From positions 8,124,001 through 8,188,000 of the forward strand of contig NC_087438.1 in the NCBI RefSeq assembly GCF_036321535.1: a DNA stretch of 64,000 nucleotides. The letters run 5' to 3'. The position numbers and the translations under genes are program-made. How positions within the stretch are numbered: the first letter of the stretch is position 1; the number at the start of each line of letters is the position of its first letter. The notes under the pieces were generated by a model, which did not search any database, was not told where the DNA came from, and worked only from the letters and a program-made list of their open reading frames with translations. This DNA comes from Camelus dromedarius. Its lineage: Eukaryota. Shown here piece by piece: positions 1-12,141 of the stretch.

Positions 1-85
1 TCGGGGCTCTGGAGTGGACCTGAGAGCCTGCATTTCTAGCAACCTTCCAGGGGAGGGAGATGCCGCTGGCCTGAGAACTACCACT
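1..85. mobile_element. MER5A-like hAT-Charlie fragment (truncated by the window start)
   Basis: 'ggacctgagagcctgcatttctagcaaccttccagg...gatgccgctggcc' resembles the recalled MER5A core. Confidence 0.6.
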
Positions 86-787
86 AAGCTGCAGAGAGTG
101 ACTGTCTTTCCTTACTTTTCTCTGGAAGCTCTCCTGGGGCCTGAGCAGCGACACTCTCGGCACTCAGCTATGCAGAACCCAGCTGGCTAGTAACAGAAAA
201 GCCTCCAACAGGAATTTCTGTGAGCGATTCCCACAGGGTCAATGAGAAGGAAAAAGAACCCCAGAGGGTCGACTGAGAGTCCCTTGCTTACAAAGAACAA
301 ATACTTTTTGTTATGTCTTGGATATATAACATGACATTACAGATCCTATTAGCAAGTAGCATAGTTTTTAATAAAATAAATACTACAGTATACCACTAGA
401 AATTAAAATGCTACATAGCATTCTAGTATTGAAGTATTAGAATAAAGTGGATTCTAGGGAAACCTTAAATAAACCTTGCAAACACTTTATTTTCCTTTTA
501 ATACGTTGAAACTTCCAGCTGCAGAAGTGCTAACTCTGTTGAGTATTATTCATAAGGTTTCTTAAAGGGTCCTCCCAAATCTGTAAAAGTTTTGAGAACT
601 GCCACACTAATTCCAGGTATTCTGACAGGCTACAGCTGCCAGTTCAAAAACTTTTTAAAAATATTATAGGATCTTGGTGAAATTTTGCCAGTAACTTTTT
701 TACACGAAAAAGAGAAAAACATAAACGATAAAATTTTATAGGCTTTTTAAGATGGGTATTGTCTATGCTGGAAATGTTCTATGTCTA

Positions 788-910
788 CACTGTCCAATAC
801 GGTAGCCACTAGACACATGGGCCCTAGATATATGCACTGGATTTTAACACGTTTAATTTGAATTTAAATAGCCAAATGTGTCTCGTGGCTACCTTGCTGG
901 ACTGTGCAGT
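788..910. mobile_element. MER3/MER33-like hAT-Charlie MITE
   Basis: Palindromic ends 'ctgtccaatacggtagccactagacacatg' and 'aaatgtgtctcgtggctaccttgctggactg' surround an AT-rich centre. Confidence 0.7.
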
Positions 911-3900
911 TATATAAGCCCTTCTGCAGTTTTTAATAAATAATCCAGGGGTATTATACTCCATTCCAATAGCCTCCACGATAAGAAGTGCCTAAGAACG
1001 GTTCTCTGGCTAAATAGAAAAATCTGTGTTTTTTGCATCAGTTAGACAAAAGCAGTCATCTTTTGGGAGCTTGTTTCCTCTCTTGGGTGTATATTTTGTT
1101 CCATCATGTAACTTCATTTAGCAGCAACTGGTGAGGAATACAAGTCAAGCCTGCTGCACAACTCATGAGGTGGTTTATGACTACCTAGGTCATCGGATTA
1201 AAAACAATATAAGCAAAATTGAACACACAGAGAATTTCATCCACTTTACTGTCATGGAAGCTCAATTCCGCCGTAAAAGTATGGTGGCACTATAAATAAA
1301 ACTGTAAATCCAATTTTAAAGTTGAAGTTCCAAAACTTCACGTTTTTAACTCATAATTACTACGTCCTTCTTCCCTAGGGATATTTGGAAATGTGTGTGC
1401 ACAAGCAATGGGAATTGAAATCACTTTATTGATACTGAGACCCTCAAAAATGGTGATATAAAATTTTGTAGAAATATTTGGAGATAATTGAGCCCCAATA
1501 CTGTCCTGGATCACACGTGGCTAATGACCAGGATAATTCTTGTTGGTATCTTCATTCCCTGCTCTTTGAATCGGTCTCAACCCAAAGGATTACTTTCTTT
1601 CCCATCCTGCCAAAACGCGGCACCTGTCTATGTGAAATCGCCAAGGAAGCAGGACATTGTTAAGTAGACGGTCTGATTAAATAGTTTCCAATAGGCAGAG
1701 TTCGGTGCACATTACATGTCATCCCTTCTTGCTTCCAACTATGGGAAAGCCATCAAGAGACAAATAAAACATTACTTCTAATTCCTACGGACACTTTATG
1801 GAGATTATGTCTCATGCGAAAAAAGAAAATGTGGGGTTTTGTTAATGAGACATGAATAATACATGTAATTTACCAAAGATCTTATAAATTAAATATTTCA
1901 TCTGCATTATAATTTACATACAAGTTTCACGTGGGCCCAATTTGGGATATACTATGGTTGTGATTTTCATATTATATGTCCACGTGTATTTGTTGCATGT
2001 GTACACTTGGTACACTGACGCCTTCTGTGTAACTACGGAGTGAATTTACACCTATTTTATAGAAGCGTTTAAGGGGAGAATATATTTTCAAGCTGTAGTA
2101 GAAAGAACATTGAGATGGGAATTTAGGCAATATAGACATCGTGTCCATTAACTTAGAGTAGTCAAGCTTTAGGCTTTAATTCGCTCATTAACTCAATAAA
2201 CCCTAACAAGAGCCTACTGTATTGCGGGAGTTTGTTCTGAAAGTCTGTCTGCAATCCTCTCACGTGAAGTGTTTTATCTTGACATTACTTTGGAAATCTA
2301 AAGTTGCTGTGTTTTTGTTGTTCACAGAATACTATCTGGCTCACAACCATGGCATTGTTTTTTTATTGGGAAGTTCCAGTCCCTGAAAATACGGCGCTCT
2401 TGGACCAGGACACGGCATAGGCCTTAATACTGAGCATCGCTGTTTCTTGCTCATTTCAGGTTGTATCTTCTGCAAAGGAGGGAGAGATGGCATAAGTTTG
2501 ATAAGGGGGAAAAAAATTCCCAAACTTGGAAACTTTCTTAAGCCTCATTCCTTGGGGATTTGGCAGTTTGCAAAAAAAAAAAAAAACCAAAAAACGAAAA
2601 ACAAAAAAACCAGGACAAAACCCCAACGCTTACAGCCGGTTAACAAGGGACTTGACAGCCTGAACTCTCTGAAGAATCTTGACTTCAAATCACGAGTAAG
2701 GAGTGTCACTGAGCAAAACCAAATTTTTTAAAACAGGTCCATGATTTACAGGCAGTCCTTGTGAGGATGCATTTAGACCTGCCAAGTTTCCTGGAATTGT
2801 CAGCAAGGCCCCCAGTGCTGGGTCAGGAGGGGTATTTGTCCAGAATGCTGGGCAGCTGGGCCGACGATGTCAGGAATGGGGAACTGGAGCCTCTGTTTTG
2901 TGGCTTCCCAGACAGGAGCCCGATGACCTGGGATCAGCATTCTACTCCCCCCGCAGCTGCATTCAGCACTCGCGTTTCACTGGGCTTGCCTTTGGACCTG
3001 TGAACCTCGTGGTTTCTCCCCTTGGCCTGTAAGCCTGGTTGTGGTGACTAAGGGCACTGTTGGGAGTCATGCTCTTGGGCAAGAGCAGTGTCACGAGAGG
3101 CAGAGCTGGGAAGTACACATGAAAGGAAGGCAGAGGCATCAGAGCCGGGGTCACAGAAGAGCCAAACACCCGAACGCGGCGTTGGATTTGGTGGGAAGCA
3201 GTTGGCTGGTGTTTGCAATTGCAGAGAAAATTAAGTGGTGAGAAAACACAAGCAACGGTTGAAGAACATTCTTTGGATGAGTTAAGCCTGAATAACTTTT
3301 GGGGGAAAAAAAAAAATCGAAAAACAAAAACAGGACATGGCTTAAAGATGACATCTTTGAAGAAATCCATTTCTGAACCCGAGCGATCTGGTCACGTGAT
3401 TTAGTAACATCGCCTACGTGCGGCTGATGAAAATGTCTGAGAATGTGCTGAATTTCCCAGGGGCAGTGTGCACAGGGCTCTAGGCTTGAACAGGGAGATG
3501 GACAAAGCCATGTATTCTCACAACTTGGAAGCAAGAGCGAAGCAGCAGTTCCAAAATGCAAACAGTCTTATTTTGGTATTATATGACGTGTCCCCGTCAT
3601 ACGATGCAATTACGATGAAGCTGCGCCCTCCAAAGTCAGTCTGGTGCCCCTGTACTCCCTGGGGTGAAATTAATTTGCTTGAACACAACTACCATGGCTT
3701 CCCAAATCTGGATCATTGCTCTTTGACACCGTCTTCAGAAGAAAGGCCACTCTCTAAAATAATTCTCCAGATAGAAAATCCTAGTGCTATGAGAAAGGCT
3801 TAATTTCAGGGATAGCCAAATAAAATCATCAAATGCCTTGTCGAGCCATTCCTTGGAGGAGTGCTGGTTTGGGTGAAAACAGATATGGAACATAAAATGA

Positions 3901-6019
3901 AGAGACAGCATCTGGGCCCAGCTTCCCCTGGGATCCCTGAAGTCATCACCACAGAGATCAGGTAACGAAAGGAAGGCTGGGTTTACCCAGTGGTGATGTC
4001 AGACTAACATGGGAAAGTGGTACCTAGACCCAATTAAACTCAAGTAATTGAAAAACTAAGGCACTTGAAGAAAAAAAAAAAATTCCTGCCCCAGATGAGA
4101 ACACCTCAATTAAAAGGACCAGATGAGCTATAATTTTTGAGATAATCACGGAGACCATCCTCACTGCTTTCTCTTTGCCTAAGGGTCTCAAAACTAAGGG
4201 GAGAGGGAAGGAGGAAGGGGACAGACAGAGAGACAGAGAGAGAAGGCGATGGAGAGAGAGATCTTGCAAACCACGCTGTCCCTGTCACTGCAGGCAGCCA
4301 GAAGGAGGTGGTGGCGGTCCACTTCCCAGGGCCTCTAAGCCACCAGTATAAACAAGACACTGCAAACTTCTGCACCCTGGGTACTGGCTGTTCCTTCCCT
4401 CTGACCTCCCTATGATTAAAGCATGTTTAAGGTCATTATCAGTAACTGTTCTCAAAAGAATTTCATGTGACCATTTCTATGGTATATCAGAGGAAAGGAA
4501 ATAGAGAAGAAAAAAACAATAACTGAAGTGTCTGATTTAAATTTATCCCACAAAGGGATTTCTTGATGGCAACTCTTTCTAAAACGACACGAGCGTTGGC
4601 CAAAATAGGCCACATAAAACTTTTATTTCAGGAAGAGGCTCATTTAGTATAATTTTAATAAGCCAAACATCTGCTTAAAAGAAGAAATGTTACTGTAAAA
4701 CACGTACACACCCTCTCTGCGATGAGAAAAGTTTCAGTTATTGAAGCCAGATTAAATATATTTATACTGGAAAAAGAAAATGGAGGGAGAAGATTTTAAA
4801 GCAGAGCAACGAGAAGGGATTTCCAACAGGCAATCATCTGAAAGCGATCTTAAAAACAAGTAGACTGCCGGCTTCCCACAGACGTGTCAGAGAGGGTACA
4901 CAGAATGACATGACTTCTCCTCTACATGCAGCATAATGAAGACATTCTACACTAAACACGTCTCAGCAATTTGGGGTTTTGCAAGCTTTTAAGTGATTTT
5001 TGTCTTTACAGGTGCTACCAAGCAACGGTTTCTTTCATAATTCAGCAAACTGGAGTGAGGTCACACGAGTTGTCTCCATCACGTTTCCATTCGATAATCA
5101 ATAAGCAGGTATGTTTACTGGGGGATTAGCTCTTCCTCTGAACCCTGTATGTCTTGGTGTCCTTCCCACCACCAAACACAGAGTTCCCCATCCCTTTGAC
5201 CTTGACATCTACCTGATGAGAAAGTGCAGCAATAAGCCACATTCCAAACTCAAAACACACATCGGCCTCTGGCAGAAGGGAGCAGATGGTGTATTTATCA
5301 TTATTATATGGCACAAATGAGGACTTTTAAGACATAAACATCAGTGCAACATTAGACAGGCCAGCTCAAAAAGACGTGGCGATTTGCTTCTTGAAAAGCT
5401 CATTGCTTTTTTAGAGTGTCCTCTATTGTTCAAGTTTTATTTTCCAGAACTATCATGCAATTCTTAATTTCCTGCAGTAAGCAGGCACTTCCCCAGGATT
5501 ATGAATACGCCCAGGCTTACTTCAGTTCAGCAGGAGAACATAAAAGGGGTTTTAAAATCTTTAGGTTCCTGCACTCCTTTGCCAGGGTTCTGTGTACAGA
5601 TGTAGACGCTCATATTTCTTGCAAATTTTGTCTCTTTGAGGAATGGAAGACTTGATGAGACGAGTTTGTGTTTGGACATGGGGAGAAACCAACATTTTTA
5701 GAGTGACTCTTCTGTGCCAGAAGTTTTATATTCAGCATTTCATATAATCCATAGGAAATTGGATGCGAGTGGAAGCTGACGAAACCTGGAGAAGACCCAG
5801 CTTCTCCATCCTCACCACCCACAGTCTCTGCGGTGTGATTATAAAGGAGAGGCTGGGGCGTGAGGAACGTGAGGAACACTTGCTGAACCCTGGGCCAGTC
5901 ACTCGAAAGATGGAGATGAATTTCATATGGTTTCCACTCCTGTGACAAGGCCATCTCATAGGAAGAAACAGACTCGTCAGCCACTTACGACAGGGGGTTG
6001 TATGTGGTGTGAGAGAGTG

Positions 6020-6735
6020 ATGCTTTCAACAGTAAGTCATGGCCGGGTTGTGCCTCTGCTCAAAATTCTCTGCCAGATCCTCAATCCACTCCAAGCCAAA
6101 GACAAGATCCTCACAGCAGTCCACCGGGTCTCCCGTCCACTTGCAAACTCCTGCTCCCCACTCTGCCTACCTGAGCCTCCTTGACGTCCTGCCAACATGC
6201 CCGGCCACCTCATCGAGGAGCCACTGCCTCTGCTGTCCCCTAGACAGCCCCTCTTCTCCTCCATGCCTTTGCCTAAGCATCATGGCACCTGCTCCACAAG
6301 CCCCATGTGCCACCAGCCCCCGCCCCCAAGAACTCTGGATCCTGCTTTTCCTGTGCACTCATTTCCCCTTCCCGGAATTCACCACCTTCTAACAAATTAT
6401 ACAATTTACCTATTCACTCTGTTGATTTTCATTTTCTTTTTTTTTTCCTGATTTTTAATTTTTGTTTTTTGGGGTGGAGGGGAGATAATTAGGTTTATTG
6501 ATTTATTTATTTTAATGGAGGTGCTGGGGGGTGAACCCAGGACCTTGTGCGTGCTGAGCACACGCCCTGCCCGTTGAGCCTCCCCCTCGTGCTGATTTTC
6601 TGAGTCCCCATCACTGCAGCTAGAATATACATTCTTTGAGGACAGGGATCATTCATGTCTGTTCTCTTTCCTTCTCCAGCCCAAGCACGTGTAACAGCTC
6701 ATGGCAGACAAGGAGCACGGAATAACATCTTGACG
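6020..6735 (+). mobile_element. L2 LINE 3' region, interrupted by a SINE at ~6431-6589
   Basis: Contains the degenerate L2 motif 'cctctgctcaaaattctc...' and the L2 3'-end motif 'ctagaatatacattctttgaggacagggatcattcatgtctgttc...'. Confidence 0.55.
6431..6589 (-). mobile_element. Vic-1-type camelid tRNA-derived SINE
   Basis: The reverse complement has 'aggtcctgggttcaccccccagcacctccattaaaataaat...aaacctaattatctcccc' and an A-rich tail. TSD is tgttgattttc (6420-6430) / tgctgattttc (6590-6600). Confidence 0.85.
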
Positions 6736-8289
6736 GTGTCAAAGACTAACCTAGAGCTATATGCATGTAAATGAGGAGCAGCTCTGTTTTGACCGAGGCG
6801 CCTCACCAGAGCGACACCAAGGCCGAGGCTGACTCGGAGGAGGGAGAGAGGCACGGGGGGGTGGGTAGTCTACACAGCCTGTTTGGAGGCTGGGGCTGGG
6901 AGCGTGCAGGGCAGCTGAGCAGAGCGCTGGCGTGAAGAAAGGACCAACCACGATCGGCTCACGTGCCTTTCTGCGAAGGCCTTGGGTCTGAGGCGAAGCG
7001 TCTCACGCTCTCTCTGCTCCAGCTCGGTCCCATGATCTTAGCATCTGGACAGAATGCCTTTCAAGGATTTTAATGAGGGTAATGCCAGAGAACTAATATT
7101 CTATGGCGATTTTTGTGACTCAGGGTTCTTTCAGACTGACAGGGTGGGGCAAGGCAGGCTGTGGCCCGGGGCCTGGTGAGAGCCTGGGGGAGGCCACCCA
7201 ACAAATACTGATTATGTTGAATAAACTAGAGTTTGTCAAAAATTGAAATTAGCATCTTTGAACATTTGTGATACGCCTTTGAAATTGTCTGACATGATTT
7301 ATGAGCCAGATAGAAAACCATGTGCTTTACTTTAAAATCATACATTTTTTAGACCAAAAAAAAAATGGAGTGTTTTTGTGTTCCTGGATTGTTGACCTTA
7401 TTAACTCGGTCTCGCATCTGTCAAGCATTATTTGAGCTTGACTAGCCCTTTTGGTGCTCTGTGACTACAAAATATTCCAAAAATGAATCCAGGCTTGAAG
7501 GAATGAACTTTAACGCCTTTCAAAATAGTGAAAAGAACGTGTCACAGGGCCCTGCAAAACCACTGGCAGAGAGGGATTCCCAGGAGAATGTGAACAGAGA
7601 TGTCATGAGAATACGATGTGGTCTCCCTGCCTTCAAGGACGTAACACTAAACACTGAGTAAAATGCTGGCTTACTGTTCGGCATTCCTCGAACAAGATTT
7701 TAAAGTCACAGTAAAACATGCCTTTCATGCTGCAGCACACCGAGGCTGAAAGTAGATCACGGGACCCAGATCCGCCACTTCACTGCGATAAGTAACACTC
7801 CGACATCCACCAACAGCCTCCATCCTGTTAATCGGGTGGATCGGAACAAGCCTCTCCCCTCCCGGTTTGAATACTCAGACTTCATCCACCCACCTGTCAG
7901 GTAAACGAGTGCACACCAGTAACCTCGGGTTCAAACTTAAGTTATTGCCGTGAACAGGCACATTTATAGACGCCTTCGAATAGACAGCTTTGCTATCTCT
8001 GCAACTTATTACACTTTCTGATTAAACTTGAAAGCGGATTTTTGATGTGATGCTCAATCTTGTCGTTTGAGCTTCTACTGTTTTACTCCCATGGCGATTG
8101 GTGGATGCTGGAATTAAGCCCAGCAAGGGGAACTCTGACAACATGGGAGTAGATACATCACTGCATTGCTTGTCCACCTGTGTAGAGCTCTCAGTAGGTT
8201 CCAGCTGTAGATGTCTTTAATTGAAAGTCAATCTAGAACAGGAAACCTACAAAACACTCTCGAAGGGATCAGACTTCAACTCAGTCAAG

Positions 8290-8468
8290 ATTCTGTTCCC
8301 ATTCTTATTGCTGCTGCCTTAAAACGGTGCCTGACAACTTCTCTCGATGTATTGTTTGAGGTTTTTCATCTTTAAAATGTAAACACTAATACAGCCCTGT
8401 AGGGGGATTAAATAAGAGGATGAATGTAAAATAGATTACTTCTGTGCTCAATAAACGGTAATTATGAA
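8290..8468 (+). mobile_element. MIR SINE
   Basis: Core 'gtttttcatctttaaaatgtaaacactaatac...ggattaaataag' and end 'tgctcaataaacggtaattat'. Confidence 0.55.
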
Positions 8469-9834
8469 TTTTAGAATCAAGAAAGCTTTGATTTAACAGC
8501 TAGTCCTTACATAGCTAGGTGTGAACTGAGCTTACGAGCGGCTCACGTGTTAAGCTGAAAAGTTGACTGATTCTTCGTTTGACACAGATACGTCTGTTTT
8601 CCATGATGGTCGGCTATGGGACTGCTGATTTTTTTAAAAATCTGACGTAATGTTTTCAACTCAAATTGCAGGAGTCTTAGATATTTATGAGAAAAAGTCA
8701 AGCATGAGTATTAAATGAGTTCAAGATAAAAATTTTTAAAAAGGCAGAACTGTTTTGTTTTATGAGCTGCATGTCTTAGAAGTTCTAGGAATCTGGTAAA
8801 AGCTAAATTCATAGCTTCCATAGGTTAATCTGAATATAAAATATTATTCATTTCTGAATATTTCTGGCCCCTTGGACTTAGAAGTGTGAACAGATAGAAG
8901 GTAAAAAAAAAGGGGGCTGTAATCCACTTGTTTGCTTCCAGAGAATTCAAAATTACATATATTCTACCATGATCAGTGTATCGCGGTCAAAAAGGGTCAG
9001 TATAGATGGGAAGAAGAAAAATAATTCTTTTTCAGGATGGGATGCTTTTGAGAGGGAAAAAAAAATCTAAACCTAGAGAAGGAAATCATATAGCTTCCAT
9101 ATAATCTTTTAATAAAATAAAATTAGATTAAAAAATCTACAAGTATTTACTATGCAAATAACATCACTCAATATTGTCAATATTATTTAATGTGCTTATG
9201 TAAGTAAACAATAGGGACTATTTGGTACATATGATAAGTGCATGTATATTTGGATATATAAAATAATTTTTTCTAATAAATTAAAAACCTTTTTTCAGAC
9301 ATTCGCTCCTGCATCCCATCACATTTCTGTAAGGGAGGTGGAACAGACCAGTGCCTTTAAAAAGCAGAGATCCTGGAGCTGGGAAATAGCACACTGCCCG
9401 GGTCAGCCTCTGTGTGCGTGGACCTGGACTCAGTGACCACGAGGTCCTTCTGCTCTCCAGCACCACATACCTCCAGTTCTCCATCCACATGGGATGCTGC
9501 CTGAACTGGGGTCACACTGGACCACTGCAGGGGGACCAGCCCATTTCAGTGGAATGTTTTATTTATCTCTCCCTTTTATCCACACAACCCTGGCATCACA
9601 ACGATGTGAAGGTTACAAAGCCACTGATGCACAAGGATATTGCCTGAAGAAGACAATCATATTTTTAATAGATATCTGGGACAGCATTTACCTTTAATCA
9701 CTGAAATGCACTGAGACTTTTCAGCTTACACTTCATTTATGCCCAGATCACCTAAAATAAGCATCGTACGGTGACCATATGATGTCATTCTAACTTGTTC
9801 TGCTTCCTTTCTGTCTGCAGACACTTCTTAGGAG

Positions 9835-10010
9835 CCAGGTGGAGGGTGAGGGGCTGCTGATAAAAACTGAAAATGGCTCTGCCCTCAAGGAGCTCTCAGT
9901 TTAGTTGCAAAGACTCATGGATGAATAATAACAGTAAACTGGGGACAGAGATGGGTTTGGTTGTTACAGGAGCCTGGGGTACGTGGCGTGCCTAGGGACG
10001 GACTTCTGGC
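9835..10010 (-). mobile_element. L2 fragment
   Basis: 'tggctctgccctcaaggagctctcagtttagt' is typical of antisense L2 3' sequence. Confidence 0.5.
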
Positions 10011-10281
10011 AGAGGTACCACCCAGTAAATGCAGAAAGGCTGAAATTAAGCTCGCCAGCCTAAGGGGTGCTTTTGGGGGTTCTGGGCTCTTCATTCCAGG
10101 AGCAAAAGCACAGAGATTGAAAAGTTCTCATGCTACTGAAAATAAGCATATAGCTTAAAACAAGATAGCCCTCTAATATATTAATTCTGGAGACTTGATT
10201 GAATATAGTCTGTGCCCCAAAATTATCAAAACCAAAATATTTGGTGATTTTTTTAATATATATATACATACATCATCCATT

Positions 10282-10300
10282 ACACACACACACACACACA
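10282..10300. repeat. (AC)n microsatellite
   Basis: Visible acacacacacacacacaca run. Confidence 0.9.
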
Positions 10301-10965
10301 AAACAACAACATTAATATCTTTCTTGAAAAAGAACTCCAGTTGGTAACTACTTCTTTTTACCAAAAGCTGGTTTTAACTGCAGCTAATAAATATGTACAG
10401 TGGAGCTGTGAGGACACGGACACATCTTAAAGAAACAATTAAGGGCACATTTCAAAATCACACTTGACAAAGTATAACTATTCCTACACTAATCACAATT
10501 GTCTTCATAATACTTCTGTATACTTGATGGTGCATTTACACTATATTCCTTTATACAATTAACCCCAAGGAATAATTTCATGTTTTTTTAAGATGAAAAA
10601 ATGTGTTTCAGGTATACTCACAAACTAAGAATGTATGTATGTCACATTTAGATCCCATATGGACACAGAAATAGTACCTAGACACATGCTTGCATATTCA
10701 CATAGATAAGTATATATAAATCAGATACAGCACAAGTGATTCGCAGACATTCCTGCAGAAAATATGCTCGTAATTCAAATTACTCTATAAGTGTATTGTA
10801 TTATTCACTTCCTTCAATCACAGCACTCAGGGCGTCTTTCCAAAGTTGGAGGGCACCCCCAAAAAAGGCAGGAGGGGACATCATGGCCATTTCACAGTCC
10901 TGCTTCCCACCTGGTCCCTTGGAGCCCACGGACCAACAGAGCAGAGGGCCCGTTCCCCCACATAC

Positions 10966-11141
10966 CTGGCTGAAACTCTGGCCCGCACCTCGGACTTGTG
11001 TGCTGCGGGCGGGGAGCTGCGACGTCGGGGCGGTCTCCCCCAGGGCCAGGGTCTGGTTGCTATGGTAGCCTGCTGGATACTGGAAGGACCCTTCAGGTTT
11101 GGAATTGAGCTGAAGTGCACTCTGGGAGAGCAGGCTGGGCC
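10966..11141 (-). CDS. CTNND2: CTNND2 coding exon (176 nt, exon 6 equivalent), (R)[58 protein letters not shown]
   Basis: Lies inside ORF 10801..11157. Acceptor TTTCAATGCAG|GGCCC, donor AGCCAG|GTATGT. A+GG = Arg joins the previous exon. Ends in phase 0 and matches the recalled delta-catenin sequence. Confidence 0.97.
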
Positions 11142-11974
11142 CTGCATTGAAAGTCATTTAGAGCAGTAAGTGACAGCCTCAGTGAAGCAGAAATGACATG
11201 TATTATTTATTGAGAGTAGCCTAGAATTATCACACGCACATGATTCCAGCCACCTATGCTTTGAATTCTGAGCACTAAAATGACCATATAATTCGACTCT
11301 AGCTCTTAAATGAGTTTTTTTCTTTTTTTTTTTTTCGGTGGTTTCAAAGTTCTCCAAAGAGTAGATTTTTTCAGATGATCTCATCCTGACCTACATAGAG
11401 ACATTCCTTAGGAGACAAATTAGTTAATCGTGTAGTTAATTTTAGATTAGATAATATCAGAAACATTTGAAATAATCTGAAAGGCTACTTTTTCGTACAT
11501 GTTAATCGCGTTAATATAATCATTTCTCCTACTTAATCATCAAGATGCTAAAACATTTGAAACCTTCCAATCAGTGACAAACTCTATTGTATAAATAGTC
11601 ATGTAATATCTCAGTGCCTGAAGGGTAGACAGTGTTTAAAATATTAACAGCTCTTATACAACGTAGAGTTCTCCCTGATCCTCACATGGTCTCCGACAGT
11701 TACTTATCTTCGCCATCACAGCGATGCACATTCAGAAGACAAAGAGAAAATACACTGTTTAAATCAGTGCGGCCAATGTGGCTGATACTACAAGTGAGGG
11801 AGGAAGAGGATCAGTTCCTGGCCTTATTATTTAATTATCCTCTGGGTTAAGGAAATGTGGTTTATTTTCTTACTTTCCTTTTTGATGGGAGCTTTGCAAC
11901 AGTTTGCTTATTTCCTTTGTTAAGTAGATTTTTTCTTTAATCAAATTTCACTTTGGGAATTAAAAGAAGTATGG

Positions 11975-12092
11975 GAGGGAGGGAAGGTAGAGCACGTGCT
12001 TAGCATGCACGAGGTCCTGGGTTCAATCCCCAGCACTGCCATTAAACAAATAAATAAATAAGTAAACGTAATTACCTCTCCCCAACCCCACC

Positions 12093-12123
<31 letters not shown>

Positions 12124-12141
12124 TAAAAAGAAAAGAATTTA
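11975..12141 (+). mobile_element. Vic-1-type camelid tRNA-derived SINE with a damaged A-box and a 28-nt poly(A) at 12093-12120
   Basis: 'ggtagagcacgtgcttagcatgcacgaggtcctgggttcaatccccagcac...aaataaataa...taattacctc' includes the B-box GGTTCAATCC. Probable decayed TSD aaaagaagtatgg (11962-11974) / aaaagaaatacag (12142-12154). Confidence 0.9.

Noticed and set aside
9400..9550. Possible 7SL/structural RNA pseudogene
   Set aside because: Only a few short words resemble 7SL, with no collinear match to the sequence as I recall it.
10736..11169. Cluster of five overlapping ORFs suggesting overlapping genes
   Set aside because: Explained by one GC-rich CTNND2 exon (10966-11141) with few stops in the alternative frames.
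11975..12045. tRNA gene
   Set aside because: The tRNA-like B-box belongs to a SINE head. The A-box/D-arm is eroded and the sequence is followed by a SINE tail and poly(A).
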